A program made the position numbers and the translations under genes. 64,000 bases of DNA from an uncultured candidate division Zixibacteria bacterium (GTDB lineage Bacteria > Zixibacteria > MSB-5A5 > GN15 > PGXB01). The stretch spans positions 3,456,001 to 3,520,000 of the forward strand of contig OY969724.1 of NCBI GenBank assembly GCA_963702205.1, written 5' to 3'. Positions 39,590 through 50,628 of the stretch are shown piece after piece. Within the stretch, counting starts at the first letter, position 1; each line of letters begins with the position of its first letter. Under the pieces are notes generated by a model. The model did not search any database and was not told the origin of the DNA. It was given only the letters and a program-made list of their open reading frames with translations.

Positions 39590-40167
39590 TGAAAAACATT
39601 CTGATAGCCGCTTTGTTGCTTCTGGCAGTGAGCTCGACGTCCGCCGGAGAATGCTCGCAAAAAATAAAAATCGACTCGGTAACTTATACTATTCCGTCCT
39701 GGTGGTGCAACCGTACCATTGATTCGTCCCTTATTCCCAAACCCGGCGATTTCATGCGTCTGCCAGCCGAATTTTGCCATAACGATTTCAGAATTTATGT
39801 CCGGAAAGACGCCGGGCAGGCCTTTGTCAGGATGGCTCGTGCCGCCGCCAAAGATTCCGTTTATATCAAAGTGAAATCCGGGTTCAGGTCGGTTCAATAC
39901 CAAAAATCCCTTTTTCGGAAATACCTGTCCGACGGAACAACGTTCAACAAAATCGCCGAGCTTGTGGCTCCCCCCGGCTACAGTGAACACCATACCGGCC
40001 GGGCTTTCGATCTGGCCAGAGGCGCTCTCCGTTTCGATAAAAGCAAAACCTACGGGTGGCTCAAAAAAAACGCCTCAAAATACGGATTTGTCGAAAGCTA
40101 TTCGAAAGACGCCAATAATGGCATTCGCTGGGAACCGTGGCATTGGTATTATAAAGGAATGAAATAA
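39586..40167 (+). CDS. M15B D,D-carboxypeptidase (VanY-like)
   Basis: Signal peptide; SGFRS, APPGYSEHHTGRAFD, EPWHW. Confidence 0.9.
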   Translation: MMKNILIAALLLLAVSSTSAGECSQKIKIDSVTYTIPSWWCNRTIDSSLIPKPGDFMRLPAEFCHNDFRIYVRKDAGQAFVRMARAAAKDSVYIKVKSGFRSVQYQKSLFRKYLSDGTTFNKIAELVAPPGYSEHHTGRAFDLARGALRFDKSKTYGWLKKNASKYGFVESYSKDANNGIRWEPWHWYYKGMK

Positions 40168-40171
40168 CAGG

Positions 40172-42211
40172 TCACCTGGGCAGCTTGATGGTCGGATTGA
40201 GCTTCAAGGTCCGGTCATAAAATGACTCCGCCAGTGTACTGTCCTCTTGATTTTTCAATTGATTGCCGAGAAACTTATAGCACTTAAATTCAAAAGCCAT
40301 GACCTGGAAATTTTGCGGATAGCCGTCCGCAAGCGTCTCCAGTTCCTTTATGGCTCGATCGGTCTGACCGAATGATATATAATTTATTATAAGGTTGAAC
40401 TGCGCGGACAGATTGTCCGGATATTCCATACAGAATTTTTCATTGTAGAAAAGTACCGAATCATAGACCCCGGCCTTGAAATCGAATACACATCTTTCAA
40501 AATCCGTAAGCGGTAAAGTATCCCCCGACACACGGTAAATATCCACGGTTCCGTCGCGAACCAGAAATCGACTGAGCTGCAGGGCGTTTTTTAAAAAAGG
40601 AAACAGCTTGAGCGCTCCCCTCCAATTGCTGACGTCGGCCACGACGTGCGTAACGGGAAATTCAGTAAACAGATTCTTTTCCACGTCGGGAAGACCGAAA
40701 ACATATATGACGGCCTTCAATTTATTATCGATCGTGAAGGCCGGTGCGTACGGACCGGTTAAGACCGCGTCCGGCCCAACCATTTCCGCCACCTCACGGT
40801 TCATGTCGCGCAAATACGGCCCCGGTTCGGCCAGACCGCGATAAATCAAATGCCCCTGGAAGATTACAGTCGCCGCGACCAAAACCAGCAACGCTCCGGA
40901 GAGAATTTTCATCTTCAACCGGTTTGAAAGTTTAAAAAGCGCTACGAAAATTACAGCCGTAATCACTATCGCAATCAACACTGCCCAAAACAGAAAACTT
41001 TGTCCCGTGCTTAGCGCCTCTTTATCGACGACCATGGCCATTTTAGTTTGAATAGTAAGATAAAGCACGATTATAAAAACGAGAGGTATCGTAATCAGTA
41101 TTCTGTCGGTTGAAATTTTTATCTTCTGAGATAACGTCCCACCGACCGCCCCGGCGCACACCGCCGACAGCGGCATAAACAGAAACAGCGTATAGCGCAG
41201 GGGGCGATAGACGAAAGGCGACAGCATCAGCATGCCCAAAAGCAGCCACGACGCCATGAATACGACCGGTATATTTTCCTCGCGAAATTCCAAATATTCC
41301 TTTTGACCCAGCAGAAAGACTATGGATGAAAGCCCGGCCAGACTTACCAAAAACGGCGAAAGACGGAAAAATCCCGATTCTCCGCCATACGTAATAAGAT
41401 TCATAAAAAAGCCGGACAGCGATGCGAAACCGGTCGGGGTACTGTACATCCCGGTGGTCTGTTCGTGATAGTACGATAACATCGTCTGATAATCGCCGCC
41501 GTAAAATATGGCGATATAAATTATCGACCCCGCCACCATCCCCAGTACAGTCAGCACCAACGGTACATATAATTTCTTGTGGAAAATAAATAGGTAGGTA
41601 ATTGCTACCGGAACGATAATTATAAACCCGAAAAGCTTCCCGGAAAAAGCGGCCAGTCCGATCAAACATCCGATTAATAGCTGCGCCCATCGACGGTTAT
41701 AATATCGGGCGAAAATATAATAAATCAGCCCGCACCAGAAAATCAGCCCGTTTTCAAGGAACGGCAACCGGGCGTAGAACATAAACGAGGCGCATAAAAG
41801 TGCCAGGAATGCGCCGAACAGGGTCTCGTTCGAAGAGCGGTGCCGCCCCACCCCGAGATACATCAACAAAAGTCCGATAGAATTCAAAAACAGCCCGGCC
41901 AGGTTGGCCGTAACCCGAGACACACCGAACAAAGAAAAAACCAGAAAGGCCGCCCCGGAGACAAGAGAATTTTTAAATACGTCCCAGCGATGAAAATCGA
42001 ACGGCGTCCAGTCGCCGAACAGGACGGCATTGCGGGCATGCAAAGTCAGGTGATAGGGATCGGTCAGGTGGGCCTGCGTGATGCCTGCGAAAAAGTACGG
42101 CGGGTCGATTTCCAGCGATACAAAACGAAGTATCGCCAGAATCGGAATGGCCGCCAGCAGAAACCATTTAATATAAGTCCCGGCCTTTGTTTGAAAATCG
42201 ACAGAACCCAT
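40172..42211 (-). CDS. GT-C (ArnT/PMT-like) integral membrane glycosyltransferase with C-terminal TPR-like region
   Basis: Many TM helices; HLTDPYH, FYARLPFLEN, YRPLRY; helical C-terminus. Confidence 0.65.
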   Translation of the reverse strand: MGSVDFQTKAGTYIKWFLLAAIPILAILRFVSLEIDPPYFFAGITQAHLTDPYHLTLHARNAVLFGDWTPFDFHRWDVFKNSLVSGAAFLVFSLFGVSRVTANLAGLFLNSIGLLLMYLGVGRHRSSNETLFGAFLALLCASFMFYARLPFLENGLIFWCGLIYYIFARYYNRRWAQLLIGCLIGLAAFSGKLFGFIIIVPVAITYLFIFHKKLYVPLVLTVLGMVAGSIIYIAIFYGGDYQTMLSYYHEQTTGMYSTPTGFASLSGFFMNLITYGGESGFFRLSPFLVSLAGLSSIVFLLGQKEYLEFREENIPVVFMASWLLLGMLMLSPFVYRPLRYTLFLFMPLSAVCAGAVGGTLSQKIKISTDRILITIPLVFIIVLYLTIQTKMAMVVDKEALSTGQSFLFWAVLIAIVITAVIFVALFKLSNRLKMKILSGALLVLVAATVIFQGHLIYRGLAEPGPYLRDMNREVAEMVGPDAVLTGPYAPAFTIDNKLKAVIYVFGLPDVEKNLFTEFPVTHVVADVSNWRGALKLFPFLKNALQLSRFLVRDGTVDIYRVSGDTLPLTDFERCVFDFKAGVYDSVLFYNEKFCMEYPDNLSAQFNLIINYISFGQTDRAIKELETLADGYPQNFQVMAFEFKCYKFLGNQLKNQEDSTLAESFYDRTLKLNPTIKLPR

Positions 42212-42244
42212 GCCCGATTAATATAGTCTTTTCGACAATAAAAT

Positions 42245-42991
42245 CTACCTGATTATCCGGCCCAGGCGGCTCCAGCGAACCCGATCGTAAAAATGGACGA
42301 TATTATACACGAACATACGCGGCACCGACAGCGGTTCGCTCAGTTCGGCGCCGGGCGAATCCGGATCGGGCGCCCATGACCAGTGAATAATCATCGCCTC
42401 ACCCTCAATGAGGTCGCGATGCACCGGCCCCCAGAACCGGGAATCCAGGGAATTATCCCGATTGTCCCCCATCATGAAATAGTAATCCGGCCCCAGAGTG
42501 TACGGACCGAAATTGTCGGGCGTATCCCGTCCCGACGCCGGCCGTTTCTTGATTTCCGGGTTTATGAATTTGCTGTGCGGCGGATTGGGGAAAAGTATCC
42601 CGTCGACATAGAGCTGCTTGTCTTTTACTTCCACCGTCTGACCCGGCGTCGCCACACACCGTTTTATATAATTGGTCCGTCGGTCGACCGGCCATTTGAA
42701 TATGATCACGTCGCCCTGTTTCGGGTCGCGCACGGCTGGAAGGCGATATCCGATAAACGGCAGCTGGGCGCCATAGATAAATTTATTAGCCGCCAAAAAA
42801 TCCCCGATCAACAGCGTATCTTCCATCGACGCCGAAGGAATCTTGTACGCTTCCACGATCGACGTCTTAATGACGACGGCCAGAACGACGGCTATTAATA
42901 ATGACTTTACATTGTCCCAGACGGCATCGGCCATGTCGGACTTGCCTTTGACCGGTTTGGGTTTTGCTTTGCTTTTTCCCTTGGCTGCCAT
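42245..42991 (-). CDS. lepB: Signal peptidase I (paralog 2)
   Basis: IPSASMEDTL (Ser), YIKRC (Lys), MMGDNRDNSLDSR. Confidence 0.93.
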   Translation of the reverse strand: MAAKGKSKAKPKPVKGKSDMADAVWDNVKSLLIAVVLAVVIKTSIVEAYKIPSASMEDTLLIGDFLAANKFIYGAQLPFIGYRLPAVRDPKQGDVIIFKWPVDRRTNYIKRCVATPGQTVEVKDKQLYVDGILFPNPPHSKFINPEIKKRPASGRDTPDNFGPYTLGPDYYFMMGDNRDNSLDSRFWGPVHRDLIEGEAMIIHWSWAPDPDSPGAELSEPLSVPRMFVYNIVHFYDRVRWSRLGRIIR

Positions 42992-43067
42992 AACTCTTTC
43001 TAAAATACTCCAAATTGCCGAGACGGGCAAGATATAAGATTAGGCGAAAATCAACGATATTCCTGTC

Positions 43068-43790
43068 TCACGAAACCGGGCTGAGGAGGCGATTCCAGCG
43101 CACACGGTTGAAGAAATGCACTATATTATACACGAACAACTTGGGTACCGAAAGCGGATCGCGCAAACTTGCTTGCGGAGAATTATCGTCCGGCTTCCAC
43201 GACCAGTGTATGAGCATCGCCTCGCCGAGAATCAACTTACGGGGAACGAATCCCCAGTAGCGGGAATCCGAGGAATTATCGCGATTGTCCCCCATCATAA
43301 AGTAACACTCATCCGGGACGCGGTGCGGTCCCCAGTTATCGCGACTATCCTGATTATCGTACGGTCTCTTTCTTATCCGCGCATCCGTGAATTTGGAATC
43401 GGGCGGGTCGGGAAAAACCTTGCCGTTTACGTACACGACCTTATCCTTAAGCTCGACCACGTCGCCCGGCTCGGCGACGCATCTTTTTATGTAATTGGTC
43501 GTCTGATCCAGAGGATATTTGAAAATGACCACGTCGCCCGGTTTGATTTCGTGCACCGCCGGAAGACGCCAGTCGACCACCGGCAGCCGCGCCCCGTAGA
43601 CGAATTTATTGGCCAATATAAAATCTCCCACGAGAATCGTATCTTCCATCGATCCCGTCGGGACTTTGTATGCTTCGACAATCGATGTCTTGATTATCAG
43701 AGCCAGGATTATGGCTATACCCAGCGACTTGACATTCTCCCAGATAAAATCAAGAATATCGCCCTGCTTTTTGGTTTTTTCTTTGGCCAT
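43068..43790 (-). CDS. lepB: Signal peptidase I (paralog 1)
   Basis: VPTGSMEDTI, YIKRC, MMGDNRDNSSDSR. Confidence 0.93.
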   Translation of the reverse strand: MAKEKTKKQGDILDFIWENVKSLGIAIILALIIKTSIVEAYKVPTGSMEDTILVGDFILANKFVYGARLPVVDWRLPAVHEIKPGDVVIFKYPLDQTTNYIKRCVAEPGDVVELKDKVVYVNGKVFPDPPDSKFTDARIRKRPYDNQDSRDNWGPHRVPDECYFMMGDNRDNSSDSRYWGFVPRKLILGEAMLIHWSWKPDDNSPQASLRDPLSVPKLFVYNIVHFFNRVRWNRLLSPVS

Positions 43791-43845
43791 ACGAATTATT
43801 AAGGGCCGGTCATCCCGTACGTTGTCTTTTCATTTCTACAAAATA

Positions 43846-44904
43846 TCAACGGGTAAGATCGTTAAATGTTACAAAAATGACCAGCAGCAGGACAAATGCG
43901 ATACCGATCTGCTGTATAAAGACCCGTACTTTTACCGAAACCGGAGAGCCCTTGATTTTCTCAATCAGGAAAATCATCAGGTGACTTCCGTCGAACAGCG
44001 GTATCGGAAGGATATTCAATATCGCCAGGTTAACCGACAAAAGCGCCATAAAATCGAGCAGCACGTCGAACCCGGCTCGCGCCGTCGCCCCGGCCACTTT
44101 GCCGATAAATATCGGTCCGCCTATCGACGATGCCTTATACTTCCCGGTAAACAGCCCGCCGATAAAATCGAATATGAGCCTCGCGTATTCCAGCGACCGG
44201 TCGACCGCCGCACCCCAAGCCGCGAAAAACGGCTGCTTTTGGAAAGACATCATATTGCCGATACCTATCTTGCCAACCGTAACACTGTCGCCATTGATAC
44301 TCAGGACTCGGTCTTTATATGTCGTTATCGACGCCGTGACAGTATCCGGTGTCGATGAACTTTTATCGACCCAGCTTAATTCAACCGGCTTTTCCACTTT
44401 ATCATAAATGAGCGCCGCCATCTGATCGAAGGAATCAACTTTCACTCCATCGATACTAAGAATCTGGTCCCCGGTCTTGATCCCGGCCTCGGCGGCGGGT
44501 CCGTTTTCCAACACCTGGCCGACCAGTACTTCCTGCTTTTCGGTTCCACGGAAAAAGAACAGGCCGAAAAGGATAAATACGGCCAGAACGAAGTTAATAA
44601 GCGGCCCTGCCAAAACCACCAGACTTCTCTTCCATACCGGTTTGGACATGAACTCCCACGGCGCACCCGTGACGCCTTCGATCGGATTATCCCCGGCCAT
44701 TTTCACGTAGCCTCCAAACGGCACCGCCCCAATGCAGTATTCCGTGTCTTTGCCCATCTTTTTCTTGAGAATGGTCGGAGGGAAACCCAGCGAAAAGCGC
44801 TCGACCCGGATTCCGGACCATTTGGCAACCAGGAAATGCCCCAGTTCATGGAAAAATACGAGGACTCCCAGTACGAATATCGTGGCTAATATTGTTAGAA
44901 GCAT
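43846..44904 (-). CDS. rseP: RIP metalloprotease RseP
   Basis: HELGH, GGYVKM, PDZ, NILPIPLFDG; follows dxr. Confidence 0.95.
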   Translation of the reverse strand: MLLTILATIFVLGVLVFFHELGHFLVAKWSGIRVERFSLGFPPTILKKKMGKDTEYCIGAVPFGGYVKMAGDNPIEGVTGAPWEFMSKPVWKRSLVVLAGPLINFVLAVFILFGLFFFRGTEKQEVLVGQVLENGPAAEAGIKTGDQILSIDGVKVDSFDQMAALIYDKVEKPVELSWVDKSSSTPDTVTASITTYKDRVLSINGDSVTVGKIGIGNMMSFQKQPFFAAWGAAVDRSLEYARLIFDFIGGLFTGKYKASSIGGPIFIGKVAGATARAGFDVLLDFMALLSVNLAILNILPIPLFDGSHLMIFLIEKIKGSPVSVKVRVFIQQIGIAFVLLLVIFVTFNDLTR

Positions 44905-46059
44905 TTATTCTATCATCTCCTGTGCGGTTTGTCGTGCCCAGCCGTCCGCTATCATTATATCTTCCAGGGACGGATTTTCAACTAATTTATGCCGCTGGAC
45001 GGTATTTATAATTATATCGGATATACGGTTAAATTTAATGACATCTTTTAAAAATGCTGCCACCGCCACCTCATTGGCGGCATTAAAGACCGCCGCCGAT
45101 GTCCCCCCTGTTCCCGCTATCTCAAAAGCCAGCTTCAAAACCGGAAATTTATCGAAATCCGGCTTTTCGAATGTCAACTGCCCGATCTGCGCAAAATCCG
45201 CCGCCCCGAATTCCGATGGCAACCGATTTGGATAAAATACCGCATACGCTATCGGCAGCCTCATATCCGGGCTGGATAGCTGCGCGACAACCGTCCGGTC
45301 GGCAAATTCCACCATGGAATGAATAACCGACTGCGGGTGAATCACCAGCTCGATCATATCCGGCGACACATCGAACAGGTTGACCGCCTCGATAATCTCC
45401 AGCGATTTATTCATCATCGTGGCGGAGTCTATGGTTATCTTGGCTCCCATATTCCATGTCGGGTGCTTCAGCGCTCTTTCTTTAGTTATTTCTTTGAATT
45501 CCGAGGCTGGCGTCTGCCGAAACGGCCCGCCCGACCCGGTTAATATGATTTTCCTGACCTCTTCCTTTTGACCGCAAAACAGCGCCTGCCAGATTGCCGA
45601 ATGCTCCGAATCGACCGGGATAATCTCCGCCCCGGATTCATCGGCCGCCGCATTGATCAAACTCCCCCCGACCACCATCGATTCTTTATTCGCCAGAGCC
45701 AGCCTCTTGCCGGACTTGACTGTGGTCAGCGAGGCCTTCAACCCTGCCGCCCCGACAATTGCGTTCAGGATTACATCGCAGTCGGTTTTATCTATCAGGT
45801 ATTCGACGCCTTTATCGTACGGCAATAATTCAATATTACCGCCCGTCAATGCCCGCTCGACAGCTTCCCACGCCTCGGGATCGGTCATTTGAATATACTT
45901 GGGATGAAATTCAGCCGCCTGCTTCAATACCAGATTCGCCTTAGTATGGCCGGAAATTCCGACCAGATCGATTTCGTCCCTGTGTTCTGCGACCACGTCC
46001 AGTGCCGAAACACCGATCGACCCGGTCGAGCCCAGTATTACCAGTTTCTTTTTCATCAA
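44905..46059 (-). CDS. dxr: 1-deoxy-D-xylulose-5-phosphate reductoisomerase
   Basis: LGSTGSIG, LANKES, PVDSEH, HPTWNMGAKITIDSAT, NAANE. Confidence 0.97.
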   Translation of the reverse strand: MMKKKLVILGSTGSIGVSALDVVAEHRDEIDLVGISGHTKANLVLKQAAEFHPKYIQMTDPEAWEAVERALTGGNIELLPYDKGVEYLIDKTDCDVILNAIVGAAGLKASLTTVKSGKRLALANKESMVVGGSLINAAADESGAEIIPVDSEHSAIWQALFCGQKEEVRKIILTGSGGPFRQTPASEFKEITKERALKHPTWNMGAKITIDSATMMNKSLEIIEAVNLFDVSPDMIELVIHPQSVIHSMVEFADRTVVAQLSSPDMRLPIAYAVFYPNRLPSEFGAADFAQIGQLTFEKPDFDKFPVLKLAFEIAGTGGTSAAVFNAANEVAVAAFLKDVIKFNRISDIIINTVQRHKLVENPSLEDIMIADGWARQTAQEMIE

Positions 46060-46105
46060 TTAATCTAACGAAAGCGCCTGATTAGGGTTCCACTATGGAC
46101 GCAAA

Positions 46106-46675
46106 TCAGCTCTCGATGTCCTTCAAAATTCTGATGCGCTTTATTATCACATAGCTCACCGGCCAGCTTTCCTCTCCGCCGAACGGGCTCGGCTTGACCG
46201 GAACCTGTTCGATTTTATCGAGCACGTCAAACCCGTCGAGCACCATCCCGAAAACCGTGTATTTACCATCCAGGGTCGGAGCGGGCTGAAAACAAATGAA
46301 AAATTGACATCCCGCCGAATTTATATCCGGTCCCCTTGCCATTGACAGGGTACCGCGTATATGGGGAAGGTCCGAAAATTCCGCCGGGAGTGTGTATCCT
46401 GCTGATCCGCTGCCGTTTCCATTCGGGTCGCCTCCCTGCATCATATAGCCTTTGATGACCCGGTGAAAAGTCAACCCGTTGTAGAAACCCTTACGTACGA
46501 GCGACAACATGCTGTCCACGTGGGCCGGGGCGACGTCCCGGTACAGCTCCAGTTCGATCGTCCCGTAGTTCGTATCGATAGCTATTTCGGGATTTGATGC
46601 AAGACGCTTATCCCGGCCACATCCAATGGCCAGGATAAGCACCAAAATTGAAAAGAATAATAATTTGCGGTTCAT
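46106..46675 (-). CDS. Cyclophilin-type peptidyl-prolyl isomerase, lipoprotein
   Basis: Lipobox LAIGC; FYNGLTFHRV, QGGDP, LSMAR, QFFI. Confidence 0.92.
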   Translation of the reverse strand: MNRKLLFFSILVLILAIGCGRDKRLASNPEIAIDTNYGTIELELYRDVAPAHVDSMLSLVRKGFYNGLTFHRVIKGYMMQGGDPNGNGSGSAGYTLPAEFSDLPHIRGTLSMARGPDINSAGCQFFICFQPAPTLDGKYTVFGMVLDGFDVLDKIEQVPVKPSPFGGEESWPVSYVIIKRIRILKDIES

Positions 46676-46690
46676 CGACGATGGAGCTTC

Positions 46691-47338
46691 CTACTCCTCC
46701 TTCGATGCGGCCGATTTAATATCCTTGAGCACCGTCATCTTTTCCATGATAACGTCGTCAACCGGAAGAGCGTTTTCATGGGTCATCGGGTTCATTTTAA
46801 CCGGAACATTCTCGATCTTGCTGAGTACATCGTCACCCGTCATCATCTTGCCGAACACGGTATATTTTCCGTCGAGAAACGGGGCCTTTTTAAACACGAC
46901 AAAAAACTGGCAGGAGGCGCTGTTGGGGTCCTGTGCCCGCGCCATCGAGAGAATGCCGCGATCGTGCGGAATATCGGAAAATTCGGCCTTGAGATTATAT
47001 CCGGCGTTTCCCGTGCCGTTGTCCTTGGGATCGCCGGTTTGCATCATGAAGCCTTTGATGATGCGGAAGACTTTGCGGCCGTTATAGAAGCCTTCTTTGG
47101 CACGGGCCAGCATGCTGTCCACGTGGGCCGGGGCGACGTCGCGATACAGTTCGAAAGTCATTGTGCCGAAATTGGTCTGGATGGCAATTTCGGGATTGTC
47201 CGCGTTACGTTTGACATATTTTTGCATTTCGGTTTTTTCCTTGGGAGCGGTTTTGCCGTCATCCGCGGGCTTGTCGCCGGCCAGGGCTATCCCGAAAGCC
47301 GCGAGCATAAAAAGGGTTAAGAAAAAGTAATGTTTCAT
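46691..47338 (-). CDS. Cyclophilin-type peptidyl-prolyl isomerase, secreted
   Basis: Signal peptide MKHYFFL...; QTGDP, LSMAR, CQFF, LDGKYTVFG. Confidence 0.92.
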   Translation of the reverse strand: MKHYFFLTLFMLAAFGIALAGDKPADDGKTAPKEKTEMQKYVKRNADNPEIAIQTNFGTMTFELYRDVAPAHVDSMLARAKEGFYNGRKVFRIIKGFMMQTGDPKDNGTGNAGYNLKAEFSDIPHDRGILSMARAQDPNSASCQFFVVFKKAPFLDGKYTVFGKMMTGDDVLSKIENVPVKMNPMTHENALPVDDVIMEKMTVLKDIKSAASKEE

Positions 47339-47386
47339 GGAGTCGTTTCTCCTTTCCAAAGGTGATGATTCTCAATTTTGGGCCGC

Positions 47387-47415
47387 AATATACCCTTTTG
47401 GAATTATACTGTCAA
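47387..47415 (-). promoter_or_regulatory. sigma70-type promoter of the ppi-dxr-rseP-lepB run
   Basis: Minus strand TTGACA-17 nt-TATATT. Confidence 0.55.
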
Positions 47416-47463
47416 TTTCTAACACGGCCTAAAAAATAAGCCCGAATGGGGTCTAGATAGATA

Positions 47464-50400
47464 TTATGTATTATATTTTGTCCGAATGTCCCATACAAAT
47501 TGAAACCGGGCTGAATATCCATCTTCAAAGTATTTTTCACATATGGCATTAGCCAATTCTTTACATTCGTTTGAAAATAGGAAATTCAGAATATTCTCAA
47601 TATGTTCTTGCTTATACTCTGGTTTTTGATCGCCTATTAATTTAATAAAAATATTGGCAATATAGTGAGCTGTTATTTTGGGATCACCTTTGGATTTTAA
47701 CCTATCTAAATGTTCTATAAACTGAGCAGTATTAAAAAGTTTCTGGACATAAGGGGCAACCTGAATTAGCCAATTATAATTTTCTTCATCTATTTCGCTA
47801 ATGAATGGAATTAGAGTTGAAACATTTGACAATATCCCTTTATCTTCATCGGTAAGTTTTTGTGCATCTAATGTCCGATATTTGTTATAGGCCTGCTTCC
47901 AAATATCTAGTATTCTTTTAACAACTTCATTATCGCGTTTATCAGAAGCATTTAAACCCAAGTGATATTGGTTACCCAAAAATCTAAGCAAGTGATTTAT
48001 TCTCTCAATTTGCCATTCCTCAATAATAAGCTTCATTGCACCATTATTTAGGTCAAAGCCCTTTAGTTTTAATAAATATCCTGTAGCAATATGCCTGATA
48101 AGAAGTTCTTCTGAATCCCATTTATTAATAGGATGCAATATCGCTTTTTTGTAGTGGTCAATCATGTTGGAGTAGAATGAAGGGTTACCTAGCGAACCGA
48201 AAAGGTATCCGTAAAAGAATATTTCCCAGACGGCTTTTTTTTCTGAATCAAGAATGACCCTTTGAGCCATATCCGCATATTCTTTATCAAGATAACTTAT
48301 TTGCGGCAACATCCAACCAGTAAATACTAATGCCTCTGGATAAGCTTCCTTCACTGAATCGCGAAAAACTTCTTTGAGTTCAGGATCCCACTTTGCAACA
48401 GCTTCACTATCTTTGTCAGGCCTATTTCTGGCAATTCTTAACGATAAATAAATACAAGCTTCAAGAATTTTGCCTGGAGTTGAATTTGCCGCGAAATCAA
48501 CTGGTCGTCCTTCAATTGAATATTCTCTATTTGAAGCACTTGCAGATAACCCACGCCATATGCGCTTAATAAGCTTGATTAGAATATCATTTAATTTAAA
48601 ATTTATTGCGTGCTTATCATCATCCGTTCCATCCTGAATAAGCCATCCAATAATACCTAACACCCAATCATGATTGGCAGAATAATCATCTCCAGGGACT
48701 TTGAAAGTATCATTCCAAAACTCGTCTCGGTCAATATAACCATATAGAAATGGCAAAAGATTCTCCCAATTTATATCTTTATTTTCTTTCCATGCTGATC
48801 GCAAGCCGGATAAAATATTATAAAGGTACAAATAGCCGGTATTTATAAATAAATTGATATTTTTAGTAAAGTATTCTGGTTTTGCATGTGCAGCATTACT
48901 TATGACTTCTGCCAAGGAGTTAACATTAGGTCCCCTCCATTTATCCGAATTTTCAAATTCGTCAAGGTTTTCAACTAGTTCACCAGGTCGTTTATTAAAG
49001 ATTTCCTCCACATTTAGTGGTGATTCGCCGTGACCGATAAATGAAGTTGGTTGCCTAAATGAAGGTTCGTATTTTTCATCGAATAAACTTTGGTATTTTT
49101 CATACTCCTTTAAAAACTGATCATTTTTTTTCAAAGCGGAATACCATTTCAGCTTAAATGCATTTTGCTGGTACTCCTTTTGATCCTCAGGCATATCAGA
49201 AATGAAAAACCTACCTTTTTCAATGATCTCGCGAATTTTATTTATTTCTGTTTCGGTTAATTTTTCTGCGATATTTTCAAATAGAGTAAATAATTCAGCC
49301 TCATAGGCGTGAAAACTAAGCAGCATATAGCTTTCAGGATAGCCAAATATCTCCCAAAATATATCTTTTAACTCTTGCCAGTTCACTCCAATGGCTAAAA
49401 CGATCGACCTTCTAAATACAAAACTACGATATTTGGTATTGCTAAATTCTCTAAGAATTTCTTTCATATCCTTATGCTTAATATATGCACCCGCAATTAT
49501 CATTTCTTTAAGGATAATCATTAATATATGATGCGCTTCTCTATGGTGCATATCTTTAATCTTGGATAAATCCCTGAACCATATATTCGAATGATCATCG
49601 ATGAGCATGTGATAATGATACATTAATTCAGCTTCTGGAATCTGATGAATGATGTTCAATATGGATGGATTATCTTTTTGATCATTTATTGCCTTTATGA
49701 ATTGTATGTGCTCATCAAATGGGTGGACCGAATTAATAATCCCAAAATTATGATTATATATTGGCTCATTTAATTCAGGATTTGTAATTTTCACTATTGT
49801 TTGATTATTATCATCAAGGCCAATATCAATTCCGTAAGTTGTATCCTCATATTCTACTGTCGGTCTAGATGGTTCTTGCAGTTTCGGTATAATTTCTAGT
49901 AGTTTCTTGGCCACAACCATAATTAGTTCTTTGCATTCAATTTGCATTAACTTATGCAGATATCCTTTTTTAGTTAATGCTTCAGTAATCCAGTAAGGCT
50001 CTGCAAATAAGAACGGTTGGGGTCGTTTTATAATCGCCGCTTTGTTTTCACGCCATTCATAAGTGAATAGTCCATCTAATATCTTAACCAATTGCGCAAT
50101 TGCTTGTGGGTTAGTACCATCTTTCGCGGATTTCGCAATATGCGGAATTAATTCACGGGTGATTGACGATGTAGTCAAAGTGTTGTCGAAATTTGATCTA
50201 AGCCAGATCGGAATATAACTAAATACATCGGTTGCAATCATATTTGCGGGAATATTCGATAGTATTTTCACAAATGCGGCCCACGTATGATGATTATCTA
50301 TATGATTTTCATCAGCGTCTTTATACTCTGAAACAGATCGAATTATGTCTATTAGACCTTGAGAAAATTCAGCATAATGCTCGTTATCATGCTTCATTGA

Positions 50401-50628
50401 TAACATAATCAAATAATCCAAGACATTCCAATATGGTATTCTGAAAAGCCCTTTATCAGTTTCTCGGGGTTTAGGATTATTCTCCGGTTTAAAATGCCCA
50501 CGATCTTGTAGAGGATAAAACCACTTTACTTCTTGAGCATTCTTAAAGAAGTAATCACTTGCGGCCGGATTATTTCTAATATGGTTTAAAACATCCCATT
50601 CTTGGACGCTTAAATTATATTTTGACAC
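47464..50628 (-). CDS. Large (1054 aa) AT-rich hypothetical protein, probably helical; partner of the SIR2 gene
   Basis: Long uninterrupted ORF with GTG start overlapping the SIR2 stop by 14 nt; no signal peptide, TM or enzyme motif recognised. Confidence 0.8.
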   Translation of the reverse strand: MSKYNLSVQEWDVLNHIRNNPAASDYFFKNAQEVKWFYPLQDRGHFKPENNPKPRETDKGLFRIPYWNVLDYLIMLSMKHDNEHYAEFSQGLIDIIRSVSEYKDADENHIDNHHTWAAFVKILSNIPANMIATDVFSYIPIWLRSNFDNTLTTSSITRELIPHIAKSAKDGTNPQAIAQLVKILDGLFTYEWRENKAAIIKRPQPFLFAEPYWITEALTKKGYLHKLMQIECKELIMVVAKKLLEIIPKLQEPSRPTVEYEDTTYGIDIGLDDNNQTIVKITNPELNEPIYNHNFGIINSVHPFDEHIQFIKAINDQKDNPSILNIIHQIPEAELMYHYHMLIDDHSNIWFRDLSKIKDMHHREAHHILMIILKEMIIAGAYIKHKDMKEILREFSNTKYRSFVFRRSIVLAIGVNWQELKDIFWEIFGYPESYMLLSFHAYEAELFTLFENIAEKLTETEINKIREIIEKGRFFISDMPEDQKEYQQNAFKLKWYSALKKNDQFLKEYEKYQSLFDEKYEPSFRQPTSFIGHGESPLNVEEIFNKRPGELVENLDEFENSDKWRGPNVNSLAEVISNAAHAKPEYFTKNINLFINTGYLYLYNILSGLRSAWKENKDINWENLLPFLYGYIDRDEFWNDTFKVPGDDYSANHDWVLGIIGWLIQDGTDDDKHAINFKLNDILIKLIKRIWRGLSASASNREYSIEGRPVDFAANSTPGKILEACIYLSLRIARNRPDKDSEAVAKWDPELKEVFRDSVKEAYPEALVFTGWMLPQISYLDKEYADMAQRVILDSEKKAVWEIFFYGYLFGSLGNPSFYSNMIDHYKKAILHPINKWDSEELLIRHIATGYLLKLKGFDLNNGAMKLIIEEWQIERINHLLRFLGNQYHLGLNASDKRDNEVVKRILDIWKQAYNKYRTLDAQKLTDEDKGILSNVSTLIPFISEIDEENYNWLIQVAPYVQKLFNTAQFIEHLDRLKSKGDPKITAHYIANIFIKLIGDQKPEYKQEHIENILNFLFSNECKELANAICEKYFEDGYSARFQFVWDIRTKYNT

